The position numbers and the translations under genes were made by a program. Shown here piece after piece: positions 12,028 to 23,640 of a stretch of DNA of 64,000 nt (its first letter is position 1; each line of letters opens with the position of its first letter). Source of the DNA: Malacoraja senta (Eukaryota); assembly GCA_038087875.1 (NCBI GenBank), contig CM075995.1, forward strand, positions 7,814,001 to 7,878,000, in the 5' to 3' direction. Under the pieces are notes generated by a model, which searched no databases, had not been told where the DNA came from, and worked only from the letters and a program-made list of their open reading frames with translations.

Positions 12028-12133
12028 ATTTGCATTACGAAATTATTCAAAACAAACCCACCACCACAATATAAGTAAAACAAATATTCCTTAAAGAACT
12101 ATTTTCCGCATCCTTATTAAGGATGCATTCCAC
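12028..12133 (-). mobile_element. Second, inverted copy of the Tx1-like 3' end
   Basis: Reverse complement of 10389-10494, with 5 mismatches in 106 nt by eye. Confidence 0.8.
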
Positions 12134-12308
12134 TGATAGGACGCGCTCAGCCACCTCACTCCCCCTTCCTCTCACCTGCTGCTGCCGCTGCTTCCTGTGG
12201 CCCGTTGCTTTTCCACTCCCCCGTTTGACCAGCGCCTCCTCCTCCTCTCGTCGTTCGGTCCACTCGGCCTCTCTCCCACCCGCCCCCCAGAACACAGTGG
12301 CGCAGCAG

Positions 12309-14322
12309 AAGTCAAGTCAAGTCAATTTTATTTCTATAGCACATTTAAAAACAACTCTCGTTGACCAAAGTGCTTTACATCAGTGCAGGTACTAACGTGC
12401 TACATACAGTGGTACATAGACCTAACAATACATACATAAATACATACATACAGCGCTCCCTCAGAGGACCTCAAGAAACGCTTGTGAGTATAAATAAGTT
12501 TTAAGTCTAGACTTAAAGGAGTCGATGGAGGGGGCAGTTCTGATGGGAAGAGGGATGCTGTTCCAGTCTAGGAGCTGCAACCGCAAAGGCGCGGTCGCCC
12601 CTGAGCTTATGCTTAGACCGCAGGATGGTCAGTAACCCCAAGTCGGCCGACCTGAGGGACCTGGAGGTGGAGTGGTGGGTTAGTAGATTTTTGATGTAGG
12701 TGGGGGCAAGCCCGTTAAGGGCTTTGTAAACATAAAGGAGGAGCTTGAAATTGATTCTGAACCGCACTGGGAGCCAGTGGAGAGAGGCCAGAATCGGGGT
12801 GATGTGGTCCCTTTTTCGGGTGCCCATCAGAAGTCTCGCTGTGGCGTTTTGGACCAATTGCAGGCGGGACAGGAATGATTGGCTGATGCCAGTATAAAGG
12901 GAGTTGCAGTAATCAAGGCGGGAGGAGATAAATGCGTGGATGATCTTTTCGAGGTCGACGAATTGGAGGAATGGTTTGATTTTAGCTATCGTCCGAAGCT
13001 GGAAGAAGCTAGCTTTTACCACAGCATTGACTTGTTTGTCAAACTTCAATGCGGAGTCAAATATCACGTCAAGGTTTTTGACGCGAGGTTTGAGTAAGGG
13101 GATAAGGCTTCTAAGGCTGCCTGCTATCATTTTGATGGAGTCCGAGGGGCCGAGTAGGATGACCTCAGACTTGCTCTCGTTTAGTTGGAGGAAGTTCTGG
13201 GCCATCCAACACTTTATATCCTCGAGGCAGTGCATAAGGCTGAGTAGATTTGATCGGTTGTTGGGTTTCAGGGGGAGGTAGAGCTGTGTATCATCAGCAT
13301 AGCAGTGGAAGGAAATGCCGTGCCTTTGAATGACTTGGCCTAAGGGAAGCATATACAGGGAGAAGAGAATGGGGCCTAGGATGGAGCCTTGTGGAACCCC
13401 GCAGCAAAGGCTAGCTAGGGAAGAGAGAGTTGCTTATGTTTGTAGAGGAACTCCTATCTTTGAGGTAGGAGACGAACCAGCTCAGGGCAGTGCCATCAAT
13501 ACCAACCCCGTACCAGAGACAGTCAATTCGGATAATGTGGTCCACTGTATCAAATGCGTTGAGGTCGAGAAGGAGCAGGATTGCACAGTCGCTGGAGTCA
13601 ATGGCGAGAAGCAGGTCGTTATGTACCTTCAACAAGGCAGACTCTGTGCTGTGGTGGGCCCTGAAACCTGATTGGAAACTTTCCAGGATGGTATTTTGGT
13701 GTAGGTAAGGCATCAGTTGATTTAAAATTACCTTTTCAAGAAGTTTTGAAAGGAAAGGCAGTTTGGAAATAGGTCTGTAGTTGCTAGGCAAGGTGGGGTC
13801 TAGGTTAGGTTTTTTCAGGAGGGGCTGGACCACCACGTGCTTGAACCAGGTTGGAACAGTGCCAGTGGCCAGAGAACTGTTGATGATAGCGAGGATGCTG
13901 GGACCGGCTATTGTAATGACATCCTTCAGAAGGACAGTGGGGACAACGTCGAGGGGGCAGGTAGCAGGTTTCATAGTGGAGACCAGCTTTACAAGGGTTT
14001 GGAAACAGTCTAATTTAGAAGAACAGACCAATGAGACAGCTAGGTCACGGATGGGAGGGGAAATATTCGTTCTGATGTTCTTACCTTTGCTGGTGAAAAA
14101 TGTAGTAAATTCTTCGCACTTAGCAGGGGACCCAGCTAAGCTGGTACTTGGGCAGGACATATGACAGAGGTAATGGTACTAAATAGGACCTTGGAGTTAT
14201 GGCCGTTTTTGGAAATAAGGTCGGAAAAGTATTGTGTTCTCACAGACTTTACTGCTTCCTAGTATTTGAAAAGATTGTTTCTCAGAAGTTCAAAGGAAAT
14301 TTGAAGCTTATCAGATTTATAC
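12309..14322 (-). mobile_element. L2-clade LINE, 5'-truncated, frameshifted RT; inserted into an HE1-like SINE
   Basis: ORFs 13411-14160 (NYRPISKLPF, QSGFRAHHSTE) and 12513-13352 ([24 protein letters not shown]); tail (gactt)n. SINE head 'cagtggcgcagcag' ends at 12308 and resumes as 'tagagttgc' at 14323. Confidence 0.9.
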
Positions 14323-14575
14323 TAGAGTTGCTGTCTTGTAGCGCCAAGGACCCAGGTTCGATCCTGACCACGGGTGCTGTCTGTGTGGAGTTTGCACGTT
14401 CTCCCCGTTTTTCTCCGGTTTCCTCCAACATTCCAAAGATGTGCAGGTTTTCTGGTTAATTGGCTTCTGTAAAAATGGTCTCTAATGTGTAGGATAGAAC
14501 TAGTGTACGGGTGATCGTAGTGTAGTGGCGAGGAATTGGTGGGCCGCTGTATCTCTAAAGCATAAAACTAAAAAG
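14323..14575 (+). mobile_element. HE1-like SINE body immediately inside the adnp2 intron donor region
   Basis: B-box GGTTCGATCC, V-domain and tail tatctctaaa. Confidence 0.8.
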
Positions 14576-14589
14576 ACTACACTACTTAC

Positions 14590-14697
14590 CTCCAACAGTT
14601 CTTTACAGCATTGTAGACCAATATCAGACAAGATCCTCTTCACCTTTTTCCTGGATTTTCTGAGAATTTCCAGATTGGTTACAGGAAGCTGATACAT
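14590..14697 (-). CDS. adnp2: adnp2 first coding exon (108 nt, [36 protein letters not shown])
   Basis: ATG at 14697-14695 preceded by AAC; donor GAG|gtaagt; matches the ADNP/ADNP2 N-terminus M.Q.PV.NL..RK.RK.VK.IL.DIGL..CKE. Confidence 0.95.
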
Positions 14698-14924
14698 GTT
14701 TTTTTACTGTATCTGAATAAACAAAGATAACAAAAGTGATAATTGCATGTACAGGTTAAGAACCACCTGCATTTTCCATGTAGGAACCCAAGTCCAGCGT
14801 TTTGCTAATGACAAATATTTTCAACTGCACTTGCGACAAGCCTGGGCGTACAATACAAGTTCATAAGTCATAGGAGCGGAATTAGGCCATTCGGCCCATC
14901 AAGTTTTACCGCCATTCAATCACA

Positions 14925-17900
14925 ATCACGACAGGTGGGGGACCAGCATTCTGGCAGGCAGGTTTGCCACTGCTACGGGTGGTTTTAAACTAAATAAGGG
15001 GGGTGGGGTGTCAAATGGGATAGTCGAGGATGGAGTTAAAGGGAAAGGGTTTCTTAAATGTGTGAGCAGAGAGGTGTAAAATGAGGGTAGAAGCAATAGG
15101 TAGCAAGGTGAAAAGTAAAAGTGGCAGGCAGACAAATCCAGGGCAAAAATCAAAAAGGGCCACTTTTCAACATAATTGTATAAGGGGTAAGAGTGTTGTA
15201 AAAACAAGCCTGAAGGCTTTGTGTCTCAATGCAAGGAGCATTCGTAATAAGGTGGATGAGTTGAATGTGCAGATAGCTATTAATGACTATGATATAGTTG
15301 GGTTCACGGAGACATGGCTACAGGGTGACCAAGGCTGGGAGCTGAACATCCAGGGATATTCAATATTCAGGAGGGATAGACAGAAAGGAAAAGGAGGTGG
15401 GGTAGCGTTGCTGGTTAGAGAGGAGATTAACGCAATAGAAAGGAAGGACATTAGCTTGGAGGATGTGGAATCTGTGGTACGGTGGAGTCTGTACTCACGT
15501 ACTATTTAAATACGTGGTACTCCACCTGCAACTGCTCGGACAGGAAGGCTCTGCAGAGGGTAGTGAGGGGAGCAGAGAAGATCATTGGCGGCTCCCCACT
15601 CTCGGTACAAGAACTGTTCCTGGGCCGCTGTCGGAAAAAAGCTCAGAGAATTGCTAAGGACAAACTGCACCCCCTCCACATACACCTGGATCTCCTGCCA
15701 TCAGGCAAGAGATATCGCAGCATCAAAGCCCGGACTACAAGACTGCTAAACAGCTTCCTGCCATATGTTGTGAGGCTGCTAAACAGCCACTCTGTACTCA
15801 CAGTCACCTGATTCTGCGGCTTGGCACGGACACTATAATAACTGGCACTGGCCACTCAAATCAGCCACCCCGGACATGTTTATGATTGGTCTTACTGTAT
15901 TTTAACGTTGTTTTTATCTATTTTAACTTTATACTGATCCATCAGGGACTGGATTGTTTTTGTTTTTAGTGTTATTATGTGTGAAATGTTTTAAACTTCA
16001 TGTGCGATGCTCCGGTATTCCCTGGGAAACGTCTTTTCGTTTTGCACTGTACAACTGTTGCTTGCAAGATGACAATAAAGGAATTGAATTGAATTGAATC
16101 GATATGGGTAGAGCTGCGAAACACTAAGGGGCAGAAAACGCTAGTGGGAGTTGTGTACAGGCCACCTAACAGTAGTAGTGTAGTTGGGGATGGCATCAAA
16201 CAGGAAATTAGAAATGCGTGTAACAAAGGTAAAACAGTTATAATGGGTGACTTCAATCTACATATAGATTGGGTGAATCAAATTGGCAGGGGTGCTGAGG
16301 AAGAGGATTTCTGGGAATGTATGCGGGATAGTTATCTAAACCAACATGTAGAGGAACCAACGAGAGCAGGCTATTCTAGACTGGGTATTGAGTAATGAGG
16401 AAGGGTTAGTTAGCAGTCTTGTTGCGCGTGGCCCCTTGGGCAAGAGTAACCATAATATGGTTGAGTTCTTCATTAGGATGGAGTGACATAATTAATTCAG
16501 AAACAAGGGTTCTGAACAAATAAAGGTAACTTTGAGGGTATGAGACGTGAATTGGCCAAGATAGACTGGCAATTGATTCTTAAAGGGTTGACGGTGGATA
16601 TGAAATGGAAGGCATTTAAAGGCTGCATGGTTGAACTACAACAATTGTTCATCCCAGTTTGGCAAAAGAATAAATCAGGGAAGGTAGTGCATCCGTGGAT
16701 AACAAGGGAAATCAGGGATAGTATCAAAACAAAAGATGAAGCATACAAATTAGCCAGAAAAAGCAACCTACCAGAGGACTGGGAGAAATTCAGAGTCCAG
16801 CAGAGGAGGACAAAGGGCTTAATTAGGAAAGGGAAAACAGATTATGAAAGAAAACTGGCAGGGAACATAAAAACTGACTGCAAAAGTTTTTATACATATG
16901 TGAAGAGAAAAAGATTAGTTAAAACAAATGTAGGTCTCTTGCAGTGAACAGGTGAATTGATCATGGGGAACATGGACATGGCAGACCAATTGAATAACTA
17001 CTTTGGTTCTGTCCTCACTGAGGAAGACATAAATAATCTGCCGGAAATAGCAGGGGACCGGGGGTCAAATGAGATGGAGGAACTGAGTGAAATCCAGGTT
17101 AGCCGGGAAGTGGTGTTAGGTAAATTGAATGGATTAAAAGCCGATAAATCCCCAGGGCCAGATAGGCTGCATCCCAGAGTACTTAAGGAAGTAGCCCCAG
17201 AAATAGTGGATGCATTAGTGATAATTTTTCAAAACTCTTTAGATTCTGGAGTAGTTCTTGAGGATTGGAGGGTAGCTAATGTAACCCCACTTTTTAAAAA
17301 GGGAGGAAGAGAGAAAACAGGGAATTACAGACCAGTTAGTCTAACATCGGTAGTGGGGAAACTGCTAGAGTCAGTTATTAATGATGGGATAGCAGCACAT
17401 TTGGAAAGTGGTGAAATCATTGGACAAAGTCAGCATGGATTTATGAAAGGTAAATCATGTCTGACGAATCTTATAGAATTTTTCGAGGATGTAACTAGTA
17501 GAGTGGATAAGGGAGAACCAGTGGATGTGTTATATCTGGACTTTCAGAAGGCTTTCAACAAGGTCCCACATAAGAGATTAGTATACAAACTTAAAGCACA
17601 CGGTATTGGGGGTTCAGTATTGATGTGGATAGATAACTGGCTGGCAGACTGGAAGCAGAGTAGGAGTAAACGGGTCCTTTTCAGAATGGCAGGCAGTGAC
17701 TAGTGGGGTACCGCAAGGCTCAGTGTTGGGACCACAGCTATTTACAATATATATTAATGATTTGGACGAGGGAATTGAATGCAACATCTCAAAATTTGCG
17801 GATGACACGAAGCTAGGGGGCAGTGTTAGCTGTGAGGAGGATGCTAGGAGGCTGCAAGGTGACTTGGATAGGCTGGGTGAGTGGGCAAATGCATGGCAGA

Positions 17901-18712
17901 TGCAGTATAATGTGGATAAATGTGAGGTTATCCACTTTGGTGGCAAAAACAGGAAGTAGACTATTATCTGAATGGTGTCCGATTAGGAAAAGGGGAGATG
18001 CAACGAGACCTGGGTGTCATGGTACACCAGTCATTGAAAGTAGGCATGCAGGTGCAGCAGGCAGTGAAGAAAGCGAATGGTATGTTAGCATTCATAGCAA
18101 AAGGATTTGAGTATAGGAGCAGGGAGGTTCTACTGCAGTTTTACAGGGTCTTGGTGAGACCACACCTGGAGTATTGTGTACAGTTTTGGTCTCCTAATCT
18201 GAGGAAAGACATTCTTGCCATAGAGGGAGTACAGGGAAGGTTCACCAGACTGATTCCTGGGATGTCAGGACTTTCATATGAAGAAAGACTGGATAGACTT
18301 GGCTTGTACTCGCTAGAATTTAGAAGATTGAGGGGGGATCTTATAGAAACTTACAAAATTCTTAAGGGGTTGGACAGGCTAGATGCAGGAAGATTGTTCC
18401 CGATGTTGGGGAAGTCCAGAACAAGGGGTCACAGTTTAAGGATAAGGGGGAAATCTTTTTGATGAGAAAAACATTTTTCACACAGAGTGGTGAATCTCTG
18501 GAATTCTCTGCCACAGAAGGTAGTTGAGGCAAGTTCATTGGCTATATTTAAGAGGGAGTTAGATGTGGCCCTTGTGGCTAAAGGTATCAGGTGGTATGGA
18601 GAGAAGGCAAGTACAGGATACGGAGTTGGATGATCAGCCATGATCATATTGACTGGCGGTGCAGGCTCGAAGGGCCGAATGGCCTACTCCTGCACCTATT
18701 TTCTATGTTTCC
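14925..18712 (+). mobile_element. Near full-length CR1 LINE (end of ORF1, APE endonuclease + RT ORF2, 3' UTR), disrupted
   Basis: CLNARSIRNK, YDIVGFTETWL, VYRPP, MGDFN (APE); [31 protein letters not shown] (RT); tail ttctatgttt. Several frameshifts. Confidence 0.93.
15473..16095 (+). mobile_element. Rex1/Babar-type LINE 3' fragment nested in CR1
   Basis: ESVLTY...WY...RKALQRVVRGAEKIIG...LLPSGKRYRS...NSFLP; (gaatt)n tail; GAATC on both sides (15468-15472, 16096-16100) and the host CR1 frame resumes. Confidence 0.85.
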
Positions 18713-19075
18713 CTCTCAACCCCATTCTCCTGCCTTCTCCCCATAACCCCTGACGCCCGTACTAATCAAGAATCTGTCAATCTCCACTTTAAAAATGTCC
18801 AATGACTTAGCCTCCACAGCCATCTCTGACAATGAATTCCACAGATTCACCACCCTCCGACTAAAGAAATTCCTCCACACCTCCTTCCAAAAGGAACGTC
18901 CTTTTATTCTGAGTCTGTGGCCTCTGGTCCTAGACTCTCCCACTGGTGGAAACATCCTCTCCACATCCACTCTATCCGGGCCTGTCGATGAGGTCACCCC
19001 TCACCCTTCTAAACTTTATCATGTACATGTCCGGTGTTGTGAAACGCTCATCATATGGTAACCCAATCATCCCCA
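18713..19075 (-). mobile_element. CR1 3' fragment
   Basis: RVDVERMFP...RTRGH...RVVNLWNSL. Confidence 0.85.
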
Positions 19076-19141
19076 GTGTGTATAAGAAATACACGCCAGG
19101 AGTTCTTAAATTGGCAACAATACTCTTCACCAGGATGAACA

Positions 19142-19948
19142 TCTCGCTATACATAACTAAAGCTCTGATCGTGTGCTCTTCCGGTTTGCGTGGTTTTTCT
19201 ATCTGCGCAAAAAAGGTACACGATAGCGCTACGATTTTTCGCCACCTTACTCATCATTCTCATGTGTTGCAAGTGCAACAAGTTTTGTTCTGATCTATGG
19301 TATATTTTAAAAGTTATTATGGTTTAAAAATCTTAAAAACCATGCATGTGCAGATTGGTCTCCTCTCCTGTCATTCAGCGCCACGCAGATTGGTCTCCTC
19401 TCCTGTCAGTCAATGCCACGGCTGGGACGGCGACGCCCCTTCCTGCACCGCACCCTCTCCTGCCTCACTCACAAACTCCTCTCTCCCCACCTCACAGTAA
19501 CTTGTCTACCGTCTATCCCACCACCGGCGGCAGTCACGAGGAGGGGGGTGGGGTTCAGTGGAGGCCCTGGTCCCGTTTCTCTCTCCCTCACTCACCCCCG
19601 CCCGCCTTCTGCGGCAATGGCGGTCTACCCGTCCCCCCAGGTGAATGGCTGGGGGATAGAGGGATAGGAGGGGAGAGGAGTTATGGAGGGAGAGATGGTG
19701 TGACTGAGGGTAGGGGAAAGGAGAGGGAGGGAGAGGTGATGGAGGGATTGGGGAAGGGGAGGAGGAGAGGGTAACGAAGAGGGAGGGTGAAGAGGAGGGG
19801 GAGGGAGTGCTGAGGGATATGGGGAAATAAGCCGCGCCTGTGCAGTTGGGGGCTATGCATGAGTGGTGGAATATTGCGTTGGGGGAAACAGGTGAGTGGT
19901 GGAATATTCCGTTGGGAGAGCTGACCAACGGGTCTGCACTTAGTCTAG
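19142..19948 (+). mobile_element. Non-autonomous Helitron-like element
   Basis: Begins TC after A (19141), ends CTAG before T (19949), degenerate subterminal hairpin (gctgacc-aac-gggtctgc) ~7 nt before CTAG, no TSD, internal short duplications. Confidence 0.6.
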
Positions 19949-20004
19949 TAAAGTCATACAACTATGGGCGGCCATGGTGGCGTAGCAGTAGAGTTGCTGC
20001 CTTA

Positions 20005-20312
20005 AGGGCCTGTCCCACTGTACGAGGTAATTCAAGAGCTCTCCCGAGTTTAAAAAAAAAATCAAACTCGTGGTAAGCACGTAGAATGTACGTAGCGGGT
20101 ACGTCGGAGCTCGGGACGTCTCTCAGCGGCTCGTAACGCTAACGGCAGGTACTCAGGAAACGCAGTAAGCTCGTGAAGATTTTTCAACATGTTGAAAAAT
20201 GTCCACGAGAGCCCCGAGTACCTACGAGCGGCTATTACCATAATTCTCCGAGTTCGAATCAGGGGAAACTTGGGAGAACTCTTGAATTAGCTCATACAGT
20301 GGGACAGGCCCT
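20005..20312. mobile_element. PIF/Harbinger-type MITE inside an HE1-like SINE (19966-20582)
   Basis: TIRs agggcctgtcccactgta / tacagtgggacaggccct; TTA duplicated at 20002-20004 and 20313-20315; the SINE resumes. Confidence 0.88.
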
Positions 20313-20661
20313 TTACAGCGCCGGAGAGCCTGGTTCAATCCCGACTATGGGTGCTGTCTGTATGGAGCTTGTACGTTCTCCCCGTGACCGCGTGGGTTTT
20401 CTCCAAGATCTTCAGTTTCCTCCCACACTCCCAAGACGTACAGGTATGTAGGTTAATTGGCTTGATGTGTGGGTAAATTGGCCCTAATGTGTGTAGGGTA
20501 GTGTTAATGTGTGGGGATCGCTGTTCGGTACGGACTCGGTGGGCCGAAGGGCCAGTTTCTGCGCTGCATCTCTAAACTAAACGATCAAATAATCCCACCA
20601 CCCTCCAATGAAGCATCCCTCAACCTCGCCTATTTTGATATTAGTTTTGTTTATGTCTTTC

Positions 20662-21030
20662 TTTAGTTTAGTTTAGAGAGACAGTGCGGAAACAGGCCCT
20701 TCGGCCCACCGAGCCCGCTCCGACCAGCGATCCCCGCACATTAACACCACCCTACACACACTGGGGACACTTTACACATACACCAAGCCAATTAACGTAC
20801 AAACCTGCACGCCTTTGGAGTGCGGGAGGAAACCGCTGACCTGCGGGGTTTTCTCCAAGATCTCAGGTTTCCTCTCACACTCCAAAGACGTACAGGTTTG
20901 TAGGCTATTTGGCTTGGTAAAATTGTAAATTGTCCCTAGTGTGTGTAGCCTTAGTGTGCGGGGATCGCTGGTTGGCACGGACGTTGTTGGCCTAAGGGCC
21001 TATTTCTGCGCTGTATCTCCAAACTAAATT
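20662..21030. mobile_element. Two HE1-like SINE 3' halves fused in inverted orientation
   Basis: Minus copy 20662-20837 abuts plus copy 20838-21030. Confidence 0.8.
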
Positions 21031-22439
21031 AAGAAGCAGATTAATCCCAACCAAAGGCTATTCTACTGTCACAATAGGCCACTTGTATATTTTGCAGCGT
21101 ACAGAAATTCTTTTGGGAGCATTTCCTCAGATTACAGAGCAGTATTTTCCCCCCAGCCACTATAAAATTCAGTTAGCCTTCAATTTCTTGGAGTAATTGA
21201 TTGGAGCTCAAGTGTGAATAGAAGATCAACTAAAATAAGAGAGAGCGGGTAAAAGTGGTGAATGATGGGGGGTTTTGGTCGCAGCACATTTAATCAAAAG
21301 CTTCCTTTGCCAATAAGCCTAAGTGCAATTACACTCCCAACCCTGATTTTCTCAAATAACTCTTTATCAAATGGCACTTCCCATTTAACAAAGCCGCGCT
21401 TGTCCCCATTAATTATATAGCCATTTTTCCCAGCATCAATTAATTTTAGTCCCGGATTATAAATCCACACACTCTCCATTTATAGACTGATTGCTGGATC
21501 CATCCTTCTTCTCCACTGGCACCAATACAAGCTTGGAAAATTGAGTCTTTGCAATTTCATTCCTCACTTTCCTCAGCATTCTAAGATGGATTCATTCAGG
21601 CCCAAGTGACTTCTCTTTTGCAAATTCGGACAATCTTTCAAGTGCATCCTCTGTTATTCTATACAATTGAATCTCTAGGTATTCCATTATAACTTTAGCA
21701 GGATCTACTTTTATCTTTGTTGAAAAAGACCCTTTTTGTCTGTTGAAAAAGCTCCTTAGGCACTTCAGGCAAACACTTACTTTAGCTGGATTAATTTTTT
21801 AGTCTACACGGTTCCAACCAAAGAATAAGAACAAGGAACTGCTGAGTTACTCCAGCTTTTCGTGTCAACCTACAATACTGTATGCCTTTGGATTATCTTC
21901 TATACCTGCCACTGACTACGACCAAATACATTTAATCAAAACAGATTATGTACAGGGTACAACATTGCTACTCATAAAGTCAAATGCAGAACAGTGAAGC
22001 ACAGGGACAGGCCCTTCAGCCCTCAATGTCCGTGTCGAACATGATGCCGTTAACTCATCTCCTCTATCTACATGTAATCCATATCCCCTACACTGCCTGA
22101 AAAATCTTGTGCAAATCGTATACAAATCTCGCCAAAACTAAACGCCACATTACAAAAGTCACTGGATTTCAAATATAACCAATTTTAGTTGATTTTTTTT
22201 TTAGCAACAATGGGGATAGAGTACAGGTCTAGTGGAGATCAAATAAAGAATGGTGGTGCCTGATTATAACAAAAGGAGTCACAAAGTGTAAAACATTTAG
22301 GTTTAGAAAGTGTTTGTGTTTCCATAAATAATGTCAGGTTATTTAGTTTCAAACCTGATTTAATGACTGTTGAGGATGCAACGTTACAGATATCGCAGCA
22401 GTCTCCAAAACCCCCGTTATCATCAGCACGCCCTGGCTG

Positions 22440-22670
22440 ACCCCCGCATGCGCAGCACAACCTCCTCCAGGTACGGCATCTGCAATAGCTCAACATAGAC
22501 TGTCCACACAGCGACTGATCTACATCCCCTTTCCTCAGCTCCTGCTCCATATGACAAAATACTACAATTGGCACTCGTGTCTACTGTGGCGCCATCTGGT
22601 GGTCGGGCCTCTGGTTAATCGAAAGCTCATTCATCATGTGATAAGAGGCACGTGACTGAGGGGCGGGGGT
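22440..22670. promoter_or_regulatory. Promoter/insulator-like motif cluster
   Basis: NRF1-like CGCATGCGCA 22445-22454; CTCF-type CCACCAGATGGCGC (minus, 22589-22602); E-box CACGTGAC 22649-22656; GC box GGGGCGGGG 22660-22668, all in non-repeat sequence. Confidence 0.55.
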
Positions 22671-22805
22671 TAGAAAGGAAGTAGAGGGTGTGCCCTCACG
22701 GCCGACACACGCAGTTACTCTGGGCCCAGCAACACTGCTCTTGTTTTTGATTTCTTTTTTGTTTAATAAAGTTTGTCCTCGAGTTCACAAAGTCTGACTC
22801 CTTAA

Positions 22806-23640
22806 AGGGGCTGTCCCACTGCGGCAACCTAATCTGCGAGTTTAGAAGAGTTTGCCCTCGACTCAAACTCGCAGCATGGTAGACACGTGGTCCTAGGAGG
22901 TCACTGGAACGCTCCATTATGCTCGAGGGAAGTTCCCGCATACTCGCTAGGTCGCAGAAAATTCTTCAGCATTTTGAAAAAATGTCAGCGAGTGAAATTT
23001 GGTCGGCATGGTTCTTTTTGACTCGTAGTACAGTGGAGGGGGTTGCTATTTAGTTACAAGCAGTCGAGGGCAGCCATAGGCAATCTCCTTCGCTGACCGG
23101 GCATTTTAATTGGCTCATTGGAGTTTTCAGGACCAGGGAAAACCGACCAGTAGGTAAAATGCCCGCTAAACTTTATACTTCTTAAAAGTGTCTCCACTCC
23201 TTCTCCCCCCCTTCTCTCTCCCTCTCCGCGCTCTCTAAAGGACTTACCGTACACTGTGGCAGCCGTCTTTTAAGTAAGTAATTAAGTTTATTGGCCAAGT
23301 ATTCACATACAAGGAATTTGCCTTGGTGCTCCGCCCACAAGTAACAACATGACATAGTGACAGTTACGAATGACTCAGAAAACATTAACAATAATAAAAC
23401 ATTAATGATAAAACACCATTGATCAAGCATGATGAAGCTACCTTCCTCTTCATCGTGGGTGTGAATTTCAGACAACCCCTGCTCCCCCGCTTTCCCTGGC
23501 CCCCGCCTTTGCGATGTTTTTGTGTGTGTGCGCGGTCGGTCGATCCAGCTCGAGGTTTTCCAGGCGAGTGCCCTCGAGCTTGAAGGTCGAAGACACTCTT
23601 CTGAACTCACGGATTAGGTCGCCGCAGTGGGACAGCCCCT
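22806..23640. mobile_element. PIF/Harbinger-type MITE with a nested LINE 3' tail (about 23270-23430, minus)
   Basis: TIRs aggggctgtcccactgcggc / gccgcagtgggacagcccct; flanks TAA / TCA. The nested piece is the reverse complement of the tail of the Rex1-type fragment ending near 51990. Confidence 0.82.

Noticed and set aside
1683..14697. Assignment to ADNP rather than ADNP2
   Set aside because: No NAPVSIPQ-like motif, no long acidic tail after PxVxL, and the first zinc-finger region is ADNP2-like.
14925..18712. CR1 copies as active, intact elements (also 41775-46325)
   Set aside because: ORF2 is broken by frameshifts, stops and nested insertions.
19340..19960. GC-rich stretch as the adnp2 promoter or a coding region
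   Set aside because: Lies inside the Helitron-like element; the ORFs are low-complexity.
21294..21479. 61-aa minus-strand ORF as a small gene or exon
   Set aside because: No recognisable homology or convincing splice context; kept only as a possible non-coding element.
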